DNA of 63,861 nt, filler included, from Asterionella formosa (lineage: Eukaryota): assembly GCA_002256025.1 (NCBI GenBank). It is 17 parts of 17 records of this genome, joined end to end, with 100 filler letters (N's around TTAATTAATTAA, not from the genome) between each part and the next. Parts side by side here need not be neighbours in the genome. Positions count along the whole stretch, not along the records: positions 21,420 to 42,700 come from NKIB01003059.1; positions 42,801 to 44,112 come from NKIB01003071.1; positions 44,213 to 45,520 come from NKIB01003072.1; positions 45,621 to 46,932 come from NKIB01003073.1; positions 47,033 to 48,344 come from NKIB01003074.1; positions 48,445 to 49,755 come from NKIB01003076.1; 11 more parts are not named here. One strand, written 5' to 3'. Below the pieces are notes generated by a model, which ran no database searches, had not been told where the DNA came from, and saw only the letters and a list, made by a program, of their open reading frames with translations. Each line of letters starts with the position of its first letter. Positions within the stretch are counted from its first letter, which is position 1. Made by a program: the position numbers and the translations under genes. Below are positions 37,250 to 49,755 of the stretch, in pieces.

Positions 37250-39457
37250 ATGTTCAAATCAACGGGATGCTGGACTTGTTGCCTCGCGGCTCTGCTATTG
37301 GTGGCTACAGTGAAAGTATCTGGATTCGGTGCTGCTGGTCGCAGTAAGAAGGCATTTCGAATAGCCAAGCATTCGATTAGCACGTTGGCCGAGCAAGAAA
37401 CCACAAAGCAATACGAAACTCGAACAGACAATCAACTGCTGTCATCCTTTAGCAGGAATCCTTGGGAAGCTTACGAATCCACCATACGACTAGTCGTTGA
37501 TGGAGTAGTACAGGTTCATAAAAAGACCAAGAAAACAGACGACTACGCCCCCACCATGGCGTTCCTCCTGGCAGAATCGTCGCCCATTGCGTTGCCCGAA
37601 CCACCCGCATTCACCACAACCGACTCTGATACCTTCCGCTCTCGTATGGATCAGCAACGACAGCTTTTCATGACAGCCTACAACCTTAGTGACAATCAGT
37701 ATCAATATGCCATTCGTGTACTGACATACATGGGCGATTATTGCGCCAAGCGAGGCTTGGCTGTGCCATTGCTTGTGGCGTGGTCGAAACTCAGACAAGC
37801 GGGCATGATTCCGCGGGAAAATTGCATATCCACGTATATGTATGCACTCTCCCTAGATGAAGAGACACAAGCCCTGTCGGGAGAAGTAGCCACCTTTCAC
37901 GACTTGATGTTTGCGCCAAGCGAGAATACTATTTACTTGAGGATCAAGAGCTTGGTAGGAAAGGGAAATTGTGCAGAGGCCGAAGGCTTGTTGGAGTCGT
38001 TACCGGTACGTCTCCTTGTATGTGGTTCTATTGTACCTAATTGTTGTGTGCTTGTTTTTCTGACGACAGCTAATGTGTGACTCAAAGAGTGACGACTGGA
38101 AACTCCTGAGAACATATTCCCCCATCTTCGAACGATATTGCAAGGATGGAGATTTCAATTCTGCCTTGAGCTTGTACCGACGAATGCAAGCCTCACCACG
38201 AGTCTATTTTGAATCAGATACGTATGCCTTATTGATTTCCTCTCTCGCAGAACGTGGCTACTTTCGATTGGATGCAGCGGAGATTGAATCATTTACGACG
38301 GGTCCAACACTTTTTGATCAACTAGCACAAGACATGGCCGACGATATTTTGGAGATTAATAACGCATCGGCAAAGTTAATGTTTGATGCATTCTCGACGG
38401 GCTTCCAAGAAAAAACTGCGGATATGGACGTTCCATGTCGCGACCCCGCTGGTCCCAATGAACTTGTTCTGAGCAGGGTAAACGTCAATGCTACAACAGC
38501 GATGTGTCCACGTACCGGTGCCAAGTTGCAACTCTTCCAGCTGACAGAAGGACAGCGGGTAGATGTGCATGAAACTTTGTTAGAAATGGCCCGACTGCAA
38601 TACGAGGAGTTTAGAGTAAAGCTCATGGCTAAATTTAAGGACCGGGCAGAAGTGATGGCAGATGGTGCATTTGCGAGAGAGCAAATTACAAAGTTTTCGC
38701 GTTGGTTGAAGTGAGTATTATATGTGAAAGCCTGATGGTGGTTGCAATTGTTGCTTGGTTGCTGGTTTTCTCATCACTAATCGTCTCCTACAGCGAACGC
38801 GAAGGGGAACCTTTCACTGCAATCGTCGATGGCCCAAATGTTGGTTATTTCGGACATGGCACTATCAAATACAGCCAAATCAAGCATGTCGTCGACCACC
38901 TTGAGTCCATGAATGAGAGGCCACTGGTGTTAATGCCACATAAGTATGTACAGCCTAAGTTTCATTCAAGTATTGGTGCCATTCAAACTTTGGACGAACA
39001 AGAACTAGCCGTACTGAATGGCCTCAACGAGAGTGGAAAAATATACGAAGTTCCACCAAAGTGTTTGGATGATTATTATTGGATGCTGGCCAGCGTATCG
39101 AACCAAACTAGAGCTTGTTACAATGGTCAGGACCTGTTGGTCCCCTTGTCAGAGATTGATGGTAGATTTCCTGGCATTCGCCCGATGCTAGTGACCAATG
39201 ATCAAATGCGAGATCACAAGCTCGACCTTCTGGAAGCTCGCATGTTTCGTCGATGGTGTAGTTGCCATATTGTCAACTACAATTTCACCGAATTCTACCT
39301 GAATGAATGGGAAAAACGACATGTGGAATTCTTTCCAGCTGACTTTTTCAGCAGAGAAATTCAAGGCAATCCATCTAGCGATGGCTCGTTGGCGTGGCAC
39401 TTTCCTGTGAGCGAGTGGGAGCAACACGAGCGATTGTGCATACGAATCCCAGTCTGA
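37250..39457 (+). CDS. PRORP: Protein-only RNase P (PRORP), probably plastid-targeted; introns 38006-38069 (or -38087) and 38711-38793
   Basis: PPR-like helices (RTYSPIFERYCKDGDFNSALSLYRRM) and NYN metallonuclease motifs IVDGPNVGY, DDYYWML, LVTNDQMRDH, WHFP. Introns restore frame. N-terminus is a signal peptide followed by Phe (VSG|F). Confidence 0.92.
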
Positions 39458-39898
39458 GTTACGTTATGACTTCCCTAATAGAGAGTTTGTATCAAAAAAG
39501 GAAGGATCGATTCCCTCCCATAAACGCAGGAGATTTGCTGTTGGATCCCCGGGGAGTGAATGTGGACAGCACGATAAGTTATCTATTCGTATCCCATTTC
39601 TGTTTAAGCCCACTTTTTGTCGCAGAATATGTTGCATACTTGAGAATTAATTCGGTTTCCTCAGGGGTTCAGGCATTGGCTTATCAGTAACGGCCTTACG
39701 CACGTCTTGGTCCGGTCAGTTCTCGCCCCATTTCAGGTTAATGTGTATCGCTGTGGATACTACAACACAGATGCAGATGAGTAATCTAAACGAGTGAGTA
39801 GAAGTCGGGCTTTGAGTACGTTGATTCTATCTGACATTTTCACTATACAATTCGGTCCTATCCGCAACCTTCCCAATATCGTTGCGTTTCGAGTGCCT

Positions 39899-40457
39899 TT
39901 ATCCATCCTTTTGCAATTTGTCCAGACGTTGCATGGCCTGAAGATATTTCGTCTTCCAATCACCAACTTCGTCTTCCAGTTCAGTGATGCGATCTCGAAT
40001 TCGTTGCCTCGATGCAGCTGCTGATTCTCGATTTCGAACTCGACGTGCTTCTCGTCTCCATGCCGCCAGTTGCTCTTTGCTCATGGGTACTTCGGGGTCG
40101 TCTAAATGGTCAAGGACATCTTCGTTAGAATCGCTCAAAAGTTTCTTGTCATGTACTAAAAAACTCTTTAGGAAACTTACATCGTATCTGTGTCTTTTTA
40201 TCATCTGACTCTGAATCTTCCTCGTCTTCATCTGGTTCTGGCTGTGGCGGGTTTTTCTTTTTAGAAACTACTTTGCGTTTCTTCGGTGGCAAAGATTCTG
40301 AAACAGCTGAAAAGTCCTCCTCGTCGTCATCCATATGTTCAATAGTTTCCACAGCAGCCACTTCTACAGCAGCTGCTACTTCCTTATCAGCTCGTAGAGT
40401 TGCCATGATCTCTTTTCGGCGCTTACGAGCGGCAGCTGGGTCTGTTCCATCTGTCAT
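39899..40457 (-). CDS. bZIP transcription factor; exons 40457-40181, 40101-39899
   Basis: Intron 40102-40180 (GTAAG...TTAG) gives KKTQIRYDPEVPMSKEQLAAWRREARRVRNRESAAASRQRIRDRITELEDEV: basic region N-x7-R plus zipper. Confidence 0.9.
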
Positions 40458-41261
40458 GGCAAATTCAAAACCTTTTTTAAGGAGAAAAACGTATCATTCA
40501 ACATGAAATAACAACTAATAGGGAGCATGAATGAATTATAACATTATGAAAATAATATGTATATCACTAGCACAACAGTACATATGAATAATCATTTTAT
40601 TAGACTACGGTATACACCCGGTAAATATAGAGAGATGATACAAACGAGGAGGCATTCTTTTGGCGCGAAAATTCTACCACTGCTGATGAAGTTGAACCTT
40701 GTCGAAGGTGCAACGTGGAGCGCTCTCCTTCGTGGTGACAAGAGTGCATTCCTCATTTATTGGGAGTGCAGTTTGGGGGGGCAAAACCCCAAGGTGGCTG
40801 GGTGAGACCACTTTTCGGAGGGAGGGACAGACATGAAGTTCTTGCGACAACCGGTACTACCTAGTACCAGTTACCAGCAAGTTGCGGTCATTTTGCTTTA
40901 ACTAACAATTTAATCTGGGATAAAAATAGCTAAATCTTTATTTTCAGCAAAATTACCGCAACTTGCACAGGTACCTGACACCAGGTACCAGGTACCCCCT
41001 GGTACCATCATCGATCACCAATCATCAAATCCTGTTTCTTGCTGTGTAAAAATATTGCAAAATGTTCTTGTTTGGTGTGGTGTGATTCGGTTGTTGGTAA
41101 AACAAATTGAATGACAACAGTCACCAGTTTTGATCGATATAGAAACTGTCGATAAATATTCTTTGTGGTGTATAATCCCATCCGAAGATTCCTCCCAGCA
41201 CTTCCATAAACAGTCCTTTGGAGCGACCCTGTTGACGTTTGTTCATCTCTAAAAGCTAATC

Positions 41262-41630
41262 ATGGGAACTGGTCCAACCTCCAAAAAGCCAGGAATTCGA
41301 TCCAAGCTCAAGAAATACAAGCGCGCCACATGGCTTAGCAACCGAGCCAAGGACAGAGATCAAATTCAAGATGAAATTGAAAAATCACAATTGAGTGGGA
41401 AACCCATTGCCTTTGAGTACAATGATGAGCTGCCAGGTGGTGGTCAATTCTACTGTGTTGAAACAGCAAAACATTTTATTGATGCAAAGGCGCTCGCCGA
41501 TCATAAAAAGACCAGATATTACAAGAAGCGAACTAAAGAGCTCAAGGAAGAAAAGTATACACAGGGTGTTGCGGAGTGGGCCGCCGGCATGTCAAAAGAG
41601 GAATTACCTCCTGCTCATCCCAAAAAGTAA
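41262..41630 (+). CDS. BUD20: Zinc finger protein 593/Bud20, pre-60S ribosome biogenesis factor
   Basis: KDRDQI, ELPGGGQFYCVETAKHF...HKKTRYYKKRTKELKEEKYTQ...AAGM. Confidence 0.9.
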   Translation: MGTGPTSKKPGIRSKLKKYKRATWLSNRAKDRDQIQDEIEKSQLSGKPIAFEYNDELPGGGQFYCVETAKHFIDAKALADHKKTRYYKKRTKELKEEKYTQGVAEWAAGMSKEELPPAHPKK

Positions 41631-42800
41631 GACCATCAACAGGTATTGTTTTCGAATTCTCGTTTGATTCAGCACGTGTGCCTTGAAATCGGTATGTACA
41701 CTTAGTGATAACTGTCCATTTCATGAGAATTATAGTGCACTGTAACACATTAGCGAGTTGCATTTTAGTCATCCATGACGATTTCGAAAATTATTGCAAG
41801 AGTTTAGCACAATCATACATAAAATCAATTTGACTACGGTAGACTCTTCACTCCTTCCCATCGGGCCTACCATTCTACCATTGAATTCAACAATGACATG
41901 CAAGAACCATTTATACTGTGGGACGTAGTCGAATACATATTCAGTACTATCCCGATGAATACAGTCTTTGTCAAGTTGTCTTCCTCGACGAAGCAATTCC
42001 AACTATTCGTTAAATTTAACATAAAAAGGTGAAAATACAAACAGTTAGTTACGCATTAATTATACCTTGAGATGTTTGGGTAGTAAATAATGGTTTATTG
42101 ATATTGCCTCTCCATCCTAGGACAACTCCAATTAAGGTTATGCATATGCCTTCTTAGTCGTCACATACCGGTATGCAAATAGCACACCATCATATGTAGT
42201 GATTATTTGCAAAATGAGTTGATTTGTTGAAAAATCTCCCCATCCATGATTTGCGCACTTCGCTTCAATGAATAAAGAGGATAGACGAGGAGCGTCTTGT
42301 GACTTGAAGCAAGTTTTCTGTCAAACTGCCTTATGTAAGAAAGCTCAACTGCTATCTACAGAGCAAGGGTCTGTTGATGTGTTGGAAAACCGACAAGAAG
42401 CAACATATTGTCCTGTTACCCACTGTCGTTAAAGTGAAGGAACAACAGTGTGTATGGCATTGTTGTGAAAGTGAATAAACAACAGAACTGGTATACCTTG
42501 ATACTGTTATTGTGAATGTGAGGGAAGGACAGTGCTGCCTGTCGTGTCGTGAGGGGGCTTCTCGTTGAAGTGTCAGATGGCAACAAGAATACGAAAATTG
42601 AGAACACCAAGTGTCAGCAAAAAAGGCGAGAACAAGTGCATGAACTTCATTCTGTGACTACATTCCACATTGATTTGAACTCAGTTACAAAACCCTAAGG
42701 NNNNNNNNNNNNNNNNNNNNNNNNNNNNNNNNNNNNNNNNNNNNTTAATTAATTAANNNNNNNNNNNNNNNNNNNNNNNNNNNNNNNNNNNNNNNNNNNN

Positions 42801-43075
42801 ACTTCGTCATGTTGTGGCGTTCTACCCCCTGCTCCATAACCACAGCCACCCTGTCGTGGGCCGTTGCAACGCACGATAATGGGTGATGCACCAAATTTTT
42901 CCGGTATACCGGTAATAGAGGGGGGGGGCAGCGCTGTGAAAGTTCACAGCCTCTCTACAGAGCTGCGACAGAAAATAATAGGGAAAAACATAGTACCACT
43001 ATAACTGTACATGGCAGACTCTACAGAGCTGCGACAGAAAATAATAGGGAAAAACATAGTACCACCATAACCGTA
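42801..43075. repeat. Dispersed repeat: ~127-bp block (reverse complement at 55505-55631), 8-bp hairpin (42933-42950) and two 66-bp units (also at 54094-54266)
   Basis: Direct comparison. Units start at 42953 and 43019; hairpin GCTGTGAA-AG-TTCACAGC. Confidence 0.9.
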
Positions 43076-43149
43076 GGTGCTACTTAAAGGTGATGATAAA
43101 AGATGTAGACGTACTACCTGGTACCGGTAGTAACTCGTCAGCCTGGCTA

Positions 43150-44112
43150 ATTTTACGATCATACAATCCTAAAACTATGATGATTTACTGTCCCACTGCA
43201 GTAGCAACAGTCCTGAACATATGGTGTTCTGTTGCTAGTTTACTACTCCGACTACCCCCAGTATATCACTTACTACCTGCTACTGGTACCCTGTATAAAT
43301 ATATGATACATTGTTTTTGTCATATGATGTACCGGTACACATGAAGAGCTCCCGCCCAAAAAAGGGGCTTAAACAATTTGCTACCAAAACCCTTGCGGCA
43401 TTTGAACGGTCTAAATAATTAGTTTCAACGGACGTAGAAAATATCGATGCAAACAAATTTCAGAGATAATACCGGTACATGTACCGGTAGTCGTGGAAAA
43501 CAATGGACATATAGTGCATTGAGTATTTTCGAATTATGTATATGCGAGTATGGCCATCTCAACCATATCAGATGTTCCATATCGAGAGCGCCTTTGAATT
43601 TTATAAAATGTATAACGCTATATATATATATATATGTTTACAAATTTTATTACTATAATCATGGCCAATATATTTTTCAAATCGTTCTGTCATGTTAACA
43701 AACAATGCCTGCTGCTTCATGAAAAGATACGTCGTAGTAAAGCACATGACAAGAAAAGAAAATTTTCACAATACATAACGAAAAACATTGTGACTTCGAC
43801 ACATTGCGCATTCGAAGGATGGAGAATGTTTAAGGTAATGAAGCCATCAATGTGGTAGCTACTTGGATGACAATCGTTGGGAGGCAGGACAACAACAAAT
43901 TGTTAACTAAACGCAGCCACATTTCCTTTTTTCTCAGTTGATTAAACAGCTCGTTTCGCTTGTTGGGGAGCACCAATGTAAAACCAAACCAAATTGCGTA
44001 AGTGCTCTTGTCGCTCGTTGGACCTATTCACTTCTGTTGGAACAAAGCTGACAAAACGTTTACCTTCTCTCAAAGTTAAGATGACAAAAATGTACCGGTA
44101 AGTTTTATTCAA
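43150..44112. repeat. ~950-bp dispersed repeat; second diverged copy at ~44454-45392
   Basis: Near-identical sequence with small indels on two separate contigs. No credible ORF. Confidence 0.92.
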
Positions 44113-44212
44113 NNNNNNNNNNNNNNNNNNNNNNNNNNNNNNNNNNNNNNNNNNNNTTAATTAATTAANNNNNNNNNNNNNNNNNNNNNNNNNNNNNNNN
44201 NNNNNNNNNNNN

Positions 44213-44545
44213 TATGCCAGAACATATGGTGTTCTGTTGCTCGCTTATTACTCCGACTATTGGTTTTTAGTTTTACGATCATACAATCCTAGAACTATGA
44301 TGATTTATTGTCCCACGGTAGTAGCAACAGTCCTGAATATATGGTATTCCATTGGTTTTTAGTTTTACGATCATACGATCCTAAAATTATGATGATTTAC
44401 TGTCCCACTGCAGTAGCAACAGTCATGAACATATGGTGTTCTTTTGGATCATAATTTTACGATCATACGATCCTAAAACTATGATGATTTACTGTCCCAC
44501 TGCAGTAGCAACAGTCCTGAACATATGGTGTTCTGTTGCTAGTTT
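44213..44545. repeat. 92-bp tandem repeat (~3 copies)
   Basis: TTTTACGATCATAC recurs at 44271, 44363 and 44455. Confidence 0.9.
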
Positions 44546-45620
44546 ACCGGTACTACTCCGACTACCCCCAGTATATCACTTACTACCTGCTACTGGTACC
44601 CTGTATGTATAAATGATACATTGTTATTGTCATATGATGTACCGGTACACATGAAGAGCTCCCGCCCAAAAAAGGGGCATTTGAACGGTCTAAATAATTA
44701 GTTTCAACGGACGTAGAAAATATCGATGCAAACAAATTTCAGAGATAATACCGGTACACGTAGTCGTGGAAAACAATGGACATATAGTGCATTGAGTATT
44801 TTCGAATTATGTATATGCGAGTATGGCCATCTCAACCATATCAGATGTTCCATATCGAGAGCGCCTTTGAATTTTATAAATGTCCAACGCTATATATATA
44901 TATATATTTACAAATTTTATTACTATATTCATGGCCAATATATTTTTCAAATCGTTCTGTCATGTTAACAAACAATGCCTGCTGCTTCATGAAAAGATAC
45001 GTCGTAGTAAAGCACATGACAAGAAAAGAAATTGTATGCAATACATAACGAAAAACATTGTGACTTCGACACATTGCGCCTTCGAAGGATGGAGAATGTT
45101 TAAGGTAATATAATGAAGCCATCAATGTGGTACTTGGATGACAATTGTTGGGAGACAGGCAGCACAACAACAAATTGTTAACTAAACGCAGCCACATTTC
45201 CTTTTTTCTCAGTTGATTCAACAGCTCGTTTCGCTTGTTGGGGAGCACCAATGTAAAACAAAACCAAACCAAATTGCGTAAGTGCTCTTGTCGCTCGTTG
45301 GACCTATTCACTTCTGTTGGAACAAAGCTGACAAAACTTTTACCTTCTCTCGAAGTTAAGATGACAAAAATTTACCGGTAAGTTTTATTCAACAACATTG
45401 GATACCCGAAACTTACTTATTCAAGAATTTGGCTTACTGACAAGTTACTATAACAGACTTATGCATCAGTTGCATTGATTTGTGGTAAGTGAAGCAAGAG
45501 GATACGATGGAATTGCGTGTNNNNNNNNNNNNNNNNNNNNNNNNNNNNNNNNNNNNNNNNNNNNTTAATTAATTAANNNNNNNNNNNNNNNNNNNNNNNN
45601 NNNNNNNNNNNNNNNNNNNN

Positions 45621-46932
45621 CACACCAAACAAGAAAGCAATTTATGAACAAGGATGGTATCCCCTGAACTATAATGTCTTGCTTCACCCTGAGATTCAAC
45701 TAGTAACCCAACCACGACACAACAGAACATCAATGCGCCCACAGAGACTGCCACTCTCCCTCCTGATGAGTTAAACCTCCAAACTGGCTTTTCTGGAAAA
45801 ATCGTTGGAAGAATTAACAAGTTTTGCAAATGCGAGGATGTGCGAAATGGAATCGACCGGGACGCCGCCCAAGCTAGTAGACAGAGAAGGGAGACAGCGG
45901 ATTCACACATTGAGGGACACAAGAAGAGGATAGCAGCAGGACTTCTGGCCTCTGCACAAACCTTTACCCTTGGGCCAAATATTCTTGCTGTTACACTGGA
46001 ACGGAAGCGAATTTCAGACATTGTCATTAGTACAAAAGAAACAAAAAGGCAACAAGAATTCAATACACTTCGCGGAAAAGTACTTACATTGAAGGAATAG
46101 AACAGAACAAAACAAAACAAAAGAACAGATGTCTGTGCAAGAATTGAAATTAATGGTGCGTTGGTACAAACGATCAGGGGATTTGCCGGTTCCACAAACA
46201 AGGCAAGCTCTGATTACAAGATTCGACGATACCAATCACCGTGGTGACCAGCAGCCGCCATTCCCTCTCCATGCACCTCCTATTGCTGTGGTTGTTGTTA
46301 CTGCACCTCCTCCTGTTGCTATTCCCTCTCCTTCTACAACTGCTACTGCCGATCCACCATTCCGTGATGAATATGCAATAATCTTAGTGACTTTGGAAAA
46401 ATTATTTCTTCATGGCTAGATACACTGAATCAAAACTGATTCCTTAATAGTATAGCAGAGAGCATTGTCTAACTTAAGCTCTCTGCTATACTATTAAGGA
46501 ATCAGTTTTGATTCAGTGTATCTAGCCATGAAGAAATAATTTTTCCAAAGTCACTAAGATTATTGCATAGCGGTGGCTTACAGTGCATATTTTTCTATCT
46601 GTACATGTATATATTTTACCCCCAAACCGTGTTTATTTTTACTCCGTTAATACTACAAAAATTATTTTCTTATTACTTTACGTTTTACACTTTTGCAGGG
46701 GCAGCATCATCGTTGGAGAATTCTTCTGATGCATTACATAAATCTCGAGCTTCTTTGCATCCAATTACTTGCTGGCGGAGTCTCAAACTTCATCACGGAA
46801 TGGTGGATCCTCGGCAGTAGCAGTTGTAGAAGGAGAGGGAATAGCAACAGGAGGAGGTGCAGTAACAACAACCACAGCAATAGGAGGTGCATGGAGAGGG
46901 AATGGCGGCTGCTGGTCACCACGGTGATTGGT
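45621..46932 (+). mobile_element. 3' part of a pogo/Tc1-mariner-type transposon with inverted duplication
   Basis: Broken frame LNLQTGFSG...IAAGLL...ELKLMVRWYKRSGDLPVP...LITRF resembles the C-termini of diatom pogo-like transposases (from memory). TA|CAGTG terminus at 46579-46585 in the inverted copy. Confidence 0.55.
46372..46569. repeat. Perfect palindrome: 92-bp arms, 14-nt loop
   Basis: 46372-46463 is the reverse complement of 46478-46569. Outer arms 46231-46371 and 46789-46932 are also inverted. Confidence 0.95.
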
Positions 46933-47149
46933 NNNNNNNNNNNNNNNNNNNNNNNNNNNNNNNNNNNNNNNNNNNNTTAATTAATTAANNNNNNNNNNNN
47001 NNNNNNNNNNNNNNNNNNNNNNNNNNNNNNNNATACTCAGGTGGGAGTGGGGTAGGAGACAGAACTCCAGTGCATGCCACCCATAGCATCAAGAATCCTA
47101 TCCCACCCACCTAGTTTTGCCACATTTCGGTGAGATAGTTTAACCACGT

Positions 47150-48344
47150 TTCCGGTGGGATCCCCCGATAGTTGTTCATATCAGCCAAGTCCCCTTTCTT
47201 AGGTATTGAGACGACCAGTGACTCAGCCCACGACTGCCGAGGCCTCGGCATTTTTTTTTGGCTGTTCCAAGGCGCCAGGAGAAAACCTATCCGGCCGCTT
47301 TGCCCGCCTGCCCCATCGATGTGGGGTGCTTGGGGGGCATCATGGGAGGATTCGAACTCCTCCCACCAGTTCATGTGTTCAGGAATGTTTTTGAGGCACC
47401 CCGTCATCCAATCATGTCCCAGTGTCCGGTGAGGCACCCCGCCCCTCTCACCTGGGCGAGGTAGTGTGAGACTTTCACTCACTAAAAACCTGTGTGCAGC
47501 CCCAGTCTTGACCAGTACGCGGTCTGCCCTACCCGTCGGGGCGTTGGCCCGTGGAGGTGTGTGGGACCCCGTCAAATGCCTCACTTGCGTAAGACCCCCA
47601 ACGGGACCTGATTATGTTAGCACGAAGGCTAACAACGCTCATCAGGAACCTGGCAAGGGTGGTGGCCCCTGCCGGGTTCCGTTCCATCTGGCTACCGTCC
47701 CCATCGGATGATGAGCTTTCAACCGAAGAGTCACAGTTTTGCTGTGCTGTGACTCCGGTTGGTTCGCCCACCATCCATCCATGTACCCAGCGGTTGTCAC
47801 AACTCCCTCCGAGGAGCCATGCCAACCGTTGTTGGTCAAAACCGAGGGCGAAATTCGGCCCTAACGTCCGAACTTTCGCGATCAATTCTGCCATGTGTGG
47901 CTCGGTGCGTAGAACACGCCACCGACCACACGTGAACACTAAGTGTTCCAGCGTTTCTTGTTCATCCATACCACAAAATGGACACTTCCTCAAATACCTA
48001 TGAGGCATTCGCTTCCACCCCACCAAGGTGGGGACAGTTACAAATGCCCCAATCCGACACCGAACTATCAAAGCCAGTCCTGCTTGGGCGTTGGGACTGC
48101 CCCCCACACGTGACCGTGTGAGTGGATGCTTGTCAAATCCGGCTCCCTCATACCACACTGTGCGGGCCCCCGACGGACGAGTCAAGTTCCGTCGGATCCC
48201 ACACTCTCTCTCCAAGATGCATGCTTTCACTACCTCAGCCAGTACCTTTGGTTCCAGGCTCTGCCATCCAGCACCCAAGTACCTCTCCACAATAGACACC
48301 GGTGCATGGGGGAGCGCATAGCGTTTCAGCCAGCGCGGAACCCC
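47150..48344 (-). mobile_element. Non-LTR retrotransposon (LINE) fragments: C-terminal zinc finger region followed by rearranged RT pieces
   Basis: CPFCG...ETLEHLVFTC finger in the 47529-48299 ORF. RT domain 1-2 motif WAESLVVSIPKKGDLADMNNYRGI lies downstream of the stop. Markedly GC-rich. Confidence 0.85.
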
Positions 48345-48444
48345 NNNNNNNNNNNNNNNNNNNNNNNNNNNNNNNNNNNNNNNNNNNNTTAATTAATTAA
48401 NNNNNNNNNNNNNNNNNNNNNNNNNNNNNNNNNNNNNNNNNNNN

Positions 48445-49755
48445 CCGGCAACGGTCTGCAGATGTTTTGCCTTCGACTGTCTTTCGTTCACAATAAATGA
48501 TCCAAAAGTTCCGGCTATGAATGGAAAAGAGAAAACAAGGAGGAACCAGGCGAAGAAAGCATCTTCAGCTTTACCAAAAGAATTTTCCCTTGCGGTGATG
48601 GGCAGTGGATGAATTGTCGCTGTAATGGTATAGGCGTTGTCATCTAAAGCCTCCCGAAGAATGGCTTGATCAGCAAGAGCCTGGTAGAGAGGGCTAGCAT
48701 GTATAGACGTGAAGTTGTAATTAACAACATAGCCGATTCCTTGCAGATACTCACAGAACGACGCATTGAAATAGTTTAAGGAAGCTGCAGCGGACTTGCA
48801 ATTTGTAATAACCTCGTTGTAGTAATCAGTAGACTTGGTGTCGTGCGAGAAGTGAAGTGATCCGTACTGGGATGCAAGAAATGATGATGACGTACTGTAT
48901 ACGCTTTTGGACGTCTGTTAAAGGGAGTGAATGGGTTAGCACAGAGAGGAAGGAACTCAGACTATTTACGTGAGAAAAAGACTCACATCGATGATGTAGG
49001 TGAGGCCTTGTACACCCACTCCAGTGGCTCCGGATTCATCCAGCCTACTCATGATATCATTCGAGTCCGCAATGGGACATAAAGGACCACAGTATTCCTC
49101 ACTGCATGTACTATTCAAAAAAGCTTCTCCGAAAAAAGGGGCGCCGCAAAAGGCATAAGATTCCCCTGTTAGAGGTATAAAAAATAAAGCATTACTGAGA
49201 CAAAATCCAGGTTGGCAAGCGAAATCGGCTGACCCTGCATCGTTAAAAGGAATCGGATTTCGGATTTCAGTTGTAGCCTCTTTGTTAAATGCATCTAGGT
49301 TCAACTCGAGAGCGGTCAAATTTCGATTGGGAGATATGAACGTGAACATAAGTAGTCCAATCATAACCGTGACGGTTGGAATGATAGTACTGCACACCCA
49401 GGCTTTCTTATCACGCTATTCAATAAGGAATGAAATTGAAAAGTATGAGAATTAACATTATTTCTTCGAAGCGTTCTCTTCGCTTTGCCACCACGTTCTT
49501 ACCTTGAAATTCAAAGCTCTCTTTTGGAACAATGCTTGAAAATGTCGAAGAAAAAGTCCTTCGTTCTCAAGATCCATTCTGGAGCGAAACGATTTGTCCT
49601 CGTTGTCTGTAACTTCACCCTCTAAGGTCATGACGTGTTTTGATGATTTAAGTTCAGTCTTTTCTCCAGAGTCACCACGAGCAACCAATAGGAAAACTTC
49701 ATCTAGTGTCGTGATTGACACTCCATACGTCACGATTGATTCATTGCCGACTTCT
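48445..49755 (-). CDS. ABC transporter subfamily A, internal fragment (cut by contig ends); introns 49416-49502, 48915-48986
   Basis: YGVSITTLDEVFL, HFQALFQKRALNFK|RDKKAW, NYNFTSIHASPLY and ITATIHPLP; spliced frame is continuous. Confidence 0.88.
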
